This document shows, piece after piece, positions 59,986-64,000 of a DNA stretch of 64,000 nt. The notes under the pieces are model-generated. The model saw only the letters and a list, made by a program, of their open reading frames with translations, was not told the origin of the DNA and ran no database searches. The position numbers were made by a program, and so were the translations under genes. Location of the stretch: positions 25,989 to 89,988 of the forward strand of contig JBHHXN010000005.1 in assembly GCA_046757025.1 (NCBI GenBank), in the 5' to 3' direction. How positions within the stretch are numbered: position 1 is the first letter of the stretch; each line of letters starts with the position of its first letter. Source of the stretch: a bacterium (GTDB lineage Bacteria > Zhuqueibacterota > Zhuqueibacteria > Oceanimicrobiales > Oceanimicrobiaceae).

Positions 59986-60920
59986 TGATTGAAATTATGA
60001 CAGGAAAACACATAATTATTTTACTAAGCGCTTATTTGTTAACCGTCACCAGCGTCCCCTGGTTGATTAAATTAGCCAGAAAAACAAACTTGCTGGATGA
60101 TCCATCGGGGGATGCGCTGAAAATTCATCGGAAGCCGATTCCGGTTCTGGGTGGCATGGCTATTTTTATCGCGGTCATCATCAGTTTAGGTGTCGGTTCG
60201 GTGATATGGAAATTGGATGGATTTTCGGTGCTGATGATTGCGGCCGCTTTGACCATGGTATTTGTCATCGGCCTCATAGACGATTCTGTGAACCTTCGTC
60301 CCGGCATTCGAGTAATCGTTCAGTTAATCGCCGGAGTTATGCTGTTTTGGGGCAACGACGCTTTTGCAAATATCAGCTCCCATTGGTGGTTGAGCGCTCT
60401 GGTCTCACTGCCATACATTATGTTGGCCATCAATGCCATGAATTTGATAGACGGCATCGATGGGCTGGCTACCGGCGTGGCCATGGTCGCTTCCGTTGGT
60501 TTTCTGGTGGGATTCGTCAGTGTCGGCCATGTGCTGGGAACGCTCTTGTCGTTGTCGCTGATAGGCGCCACAGCCGGCTTTCTGTTTTTCAATTTTAACC
60601 CTGCGCGAATTTTTTTAGGAGATAACGGTAGTACGATTTTGGGCTTGCTTTTGGGCCTCATGGCGTCCTTGTACACCACTGCGCCATCGCTGTCCAGCCA
60701 TTTTGTGTTTCCAATTTTGCTGTTATTGGTGCCTTTGTTTGAAACCTTGAGCACAATTCTAAGGCGGTTAAAAAACCACAAACCGATTTTTTCAGGAGAT
60801 CGCGATCATTTCTATGATTATTTAATAAATATGGGTTTTTCACCCAAACAAACTACGCTGCTTTTTTACGGAATCAGTATCGGCGGCGTGTGTGCAGGTG
60901 TTGGACTTATAAAAATGTAA
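59982..60920 (+). CDS. WecA/TagO-type undecaprenyl-phosphate GlcNAc-1-phosphate transferase (MraY family)
   Basis: KIH.KP.P.LGG, GLIDD, NAMNLIDGIDGL, FNFNPA.IFLGD.G, DRDHF. Confidence 0.92.
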   Translation: MMIEIMTGKHIIILLSAYLLTVTSVPWLIKLARKTNLLDDPSGDALKIHRKPIPVLGGMAIFIAVIISLGVGSVIWKLDGFSVLMIAAALTMVFVIGLIDDSVNLRPGIRVIVQLIAGVMLFWGNDAFANISSHWWLSALVSLPYIMLAINAMNLIDGIDGLATGVAMVASVGFLVGFVSVGHVLGTLLSLSLIGATAGFLFFNFNPARIFLGDNGSTILGLLLGLMASLYTTAPSLSSHFVFPILLLLVPLFETLSTILRRLKNHKPIFSGDRDHFYDYLINMGFSPKQTTLLFYGISIGGVCAGVGLIKM

Positions 60921-60940
60921 TTGACGTTTGTACCTTGAAA

Positions 60941-62194
60941 ATGAAGATCGAAAATATAAAACGCATACCGCTTTCACGGCCGGATATTTCACGTGTGGAA
61001 AAAGATCTGGTGAACGCGGTGCTGGATTCACCAAACCTGAGTCTGGGGCCCAGATTAACCGAATTCGAGTCTGATTTTGCTCGTTATCTGGGTGTGAATC
61101 ACGCCATTGCGGTGAGCAGCGGAACCGCAGGATTGCATTTAGCGATTAAGAGTCTGGGTATCGGCGAAAACGATGCAGTGATCACCACGCCGTTCAGTTT
61201 TGTCGCTTCGGCGAATTGCATGCTGTTTGAACGGGCTACACCGATTTTTGTGGACATCGAAGCGACTTCGCTCAATATCGATGCGGAGAAAATTCGAAAA
61301 TATCTCGAAACGGAATGTGAAACGGACCGCGTTTCTGGCAAAATAAAGGACAAGACCAGCGGTAAGTTCATCAAAGCCATTTTGCCGGTGCACGTTTTTG
61401 GTGTGCCCTGTGAAATGGAACCGATAATGAACCTGGCCGAAGAATTCCATCTGTACGTGATCGAAGACGCCTGTGAAGCCATCGGTGCAGAATATGACCA
61501 ACAAAAAGTGGGTACGATTGGTAATTTAGGTGTCTTTGCTTTTTATCCCAATAAGCAAATGACCACAGGCGAAGGGGGGATGATCGTAACACCAGACGAG
61601 AATTTGGCGGCATTATGTCGTAGTTATAGAAATCAGGGGCGGGACACGGGTAACGGTTGGCTGGCTCACAATCGATTAGGCTACAATTACCGATTGGGCG
61701 AGCTCAGCTGTGCATTGGGCATTGCCCAACTCAGCCGGATTGAAGAGATTTTGTACAAACGAAAAAAAGTGGCAGAACAATATTGTGCGAGGTTAGAAGA
61801 ATGGGTGAGGATTCCCGATGCCTCATCGCGGGCTAAACGCAGTTGGTTTGCTTTTGTGGTTTGTTTGCCGAAGGCTTACACGAAAAATGACCGCGATGCG
61901 ATTTTACATGCGCTTGCTGCAAACAACATCGAGTGCAATAATTATTTTCCTCCCATTCATTTGCAGCCGCTTTATCTGGAGAAATTCGGATACCAAAAAG
62001 GCGATTTCCCGGTAACAGAGTCGATTTCTGAACGGACCGTGGCACTGCCATTTTTTAACAACCTGCAAAATTGGGAAATCGATTTTGTGGTTAATATTTT
62101 TCAACAGCTTCTGGTGAAAAATCACTTTGAAAACGATAAACCCGTCGCGATTGAAAATGAAGAAAAAGAAAAATCCATGTTAGCGATGACTTAA
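60941..62194 (+). CDS. DegT/DnrJ/EryC1/StrS sugar aminotransferase
   Basis: AVSSGTAGLHLA, IEDACEAIG, FYPNKQMTTGEGG, GYNYR. Confidence 0.93.
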   Translation: MKIENIKRIPLSRPDISRVEKDLVNAVLDSPNLSLGPRLTEFESDFARYLGVNHAIAVSSGTAGLHLAIKSLGIGENDAVITTPFSFVASANCMLFERATPIFVDIEATSLNIDAEKIRKYLETECETDRVSGKIKDKTSGKFIKAILPVHVFGVPCEMEPIMNLAEEFHLYVIEDACEAIGAEYDQQKVGTIGNLGVFAFYPNKQMTTGEGGMIVTPDENLAALCRSYRNQGRDTGNGWLAHNRLGYNYRLGELSCALGIAQLSRIEEILYKRKKVAEQYCARLEEWVRIPDASSRAKRSWFAFVVCLPKAYTKNDRDAILHALAANNIECNNYFPPIHLQPLYLEKFGYQKGDFPVTESISERTVALPFFNNLQNWEIDFVVNIFQQLLVKNHFENDKPVAIENEEKEKSMLAMT

Positions 62195-63931
<1,737 letters not shown>

Positions 63932-63945
63932 ATTTGCTTGTTAAT

Positions 63946-64000
63946 TAGTGTCCATCGGTAATCGTCATTCCCGAGTGCCGTTATCGGGAATCTCGTGCCT
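63946..64000. mobile_element. Left end of MITE-like element family C with CGTC-type REP (truncated by window edge)
   Basis: TAGTGTCCATCGGTAATCGTCATTCCCGA...TCGGGAATCT; matches 51202 onward. Confidence 0.55.

Overview
Bacterial chromosomal window, probably from an FCB-superphylum lineage outside Bacteroidota (KSB1/Calditrichota/Ignavibacteria-like; inferred from YPNPFN-type C-terminal sorting domains and PorV/PorZ-like proteins). It is mostly housekeeping: 3' end of relA/spoT, HU/IHF, ruvX, bamD, nadD, plsC, class II RNR nrdJ with NrdR boxes, ribD-ribE-ribBA-ribH, recN, dnaE, nfeD-slipin, dmpA and a probable 6S RNA. It ends in a sigma-54-regulated polysaccharide locus that carries sat-cysC. 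Three things stand out. (1) A complex I operon encodes only the seven membrane subunits (nuoA-H-J-K-L-M-N). Its NuoL has a 26-residue tandem duplication in the transverse helix, the hallmark of complexes with an extra pumping subunit, yet only one nuoM is present. (2) A solitary integron gene cassette with an attC site sits at a stop codon, with no integrase in the window. (3) Several small non-autonomous elements have different IS-like terminal inverted repeats enclosing REP-like palindromes, and one still holds a decayed GIY-YIG nuclease gene. No rRNA, tRNA or CRISPR array was seen. All assignments come from reading motifs by eye; no searches were run.
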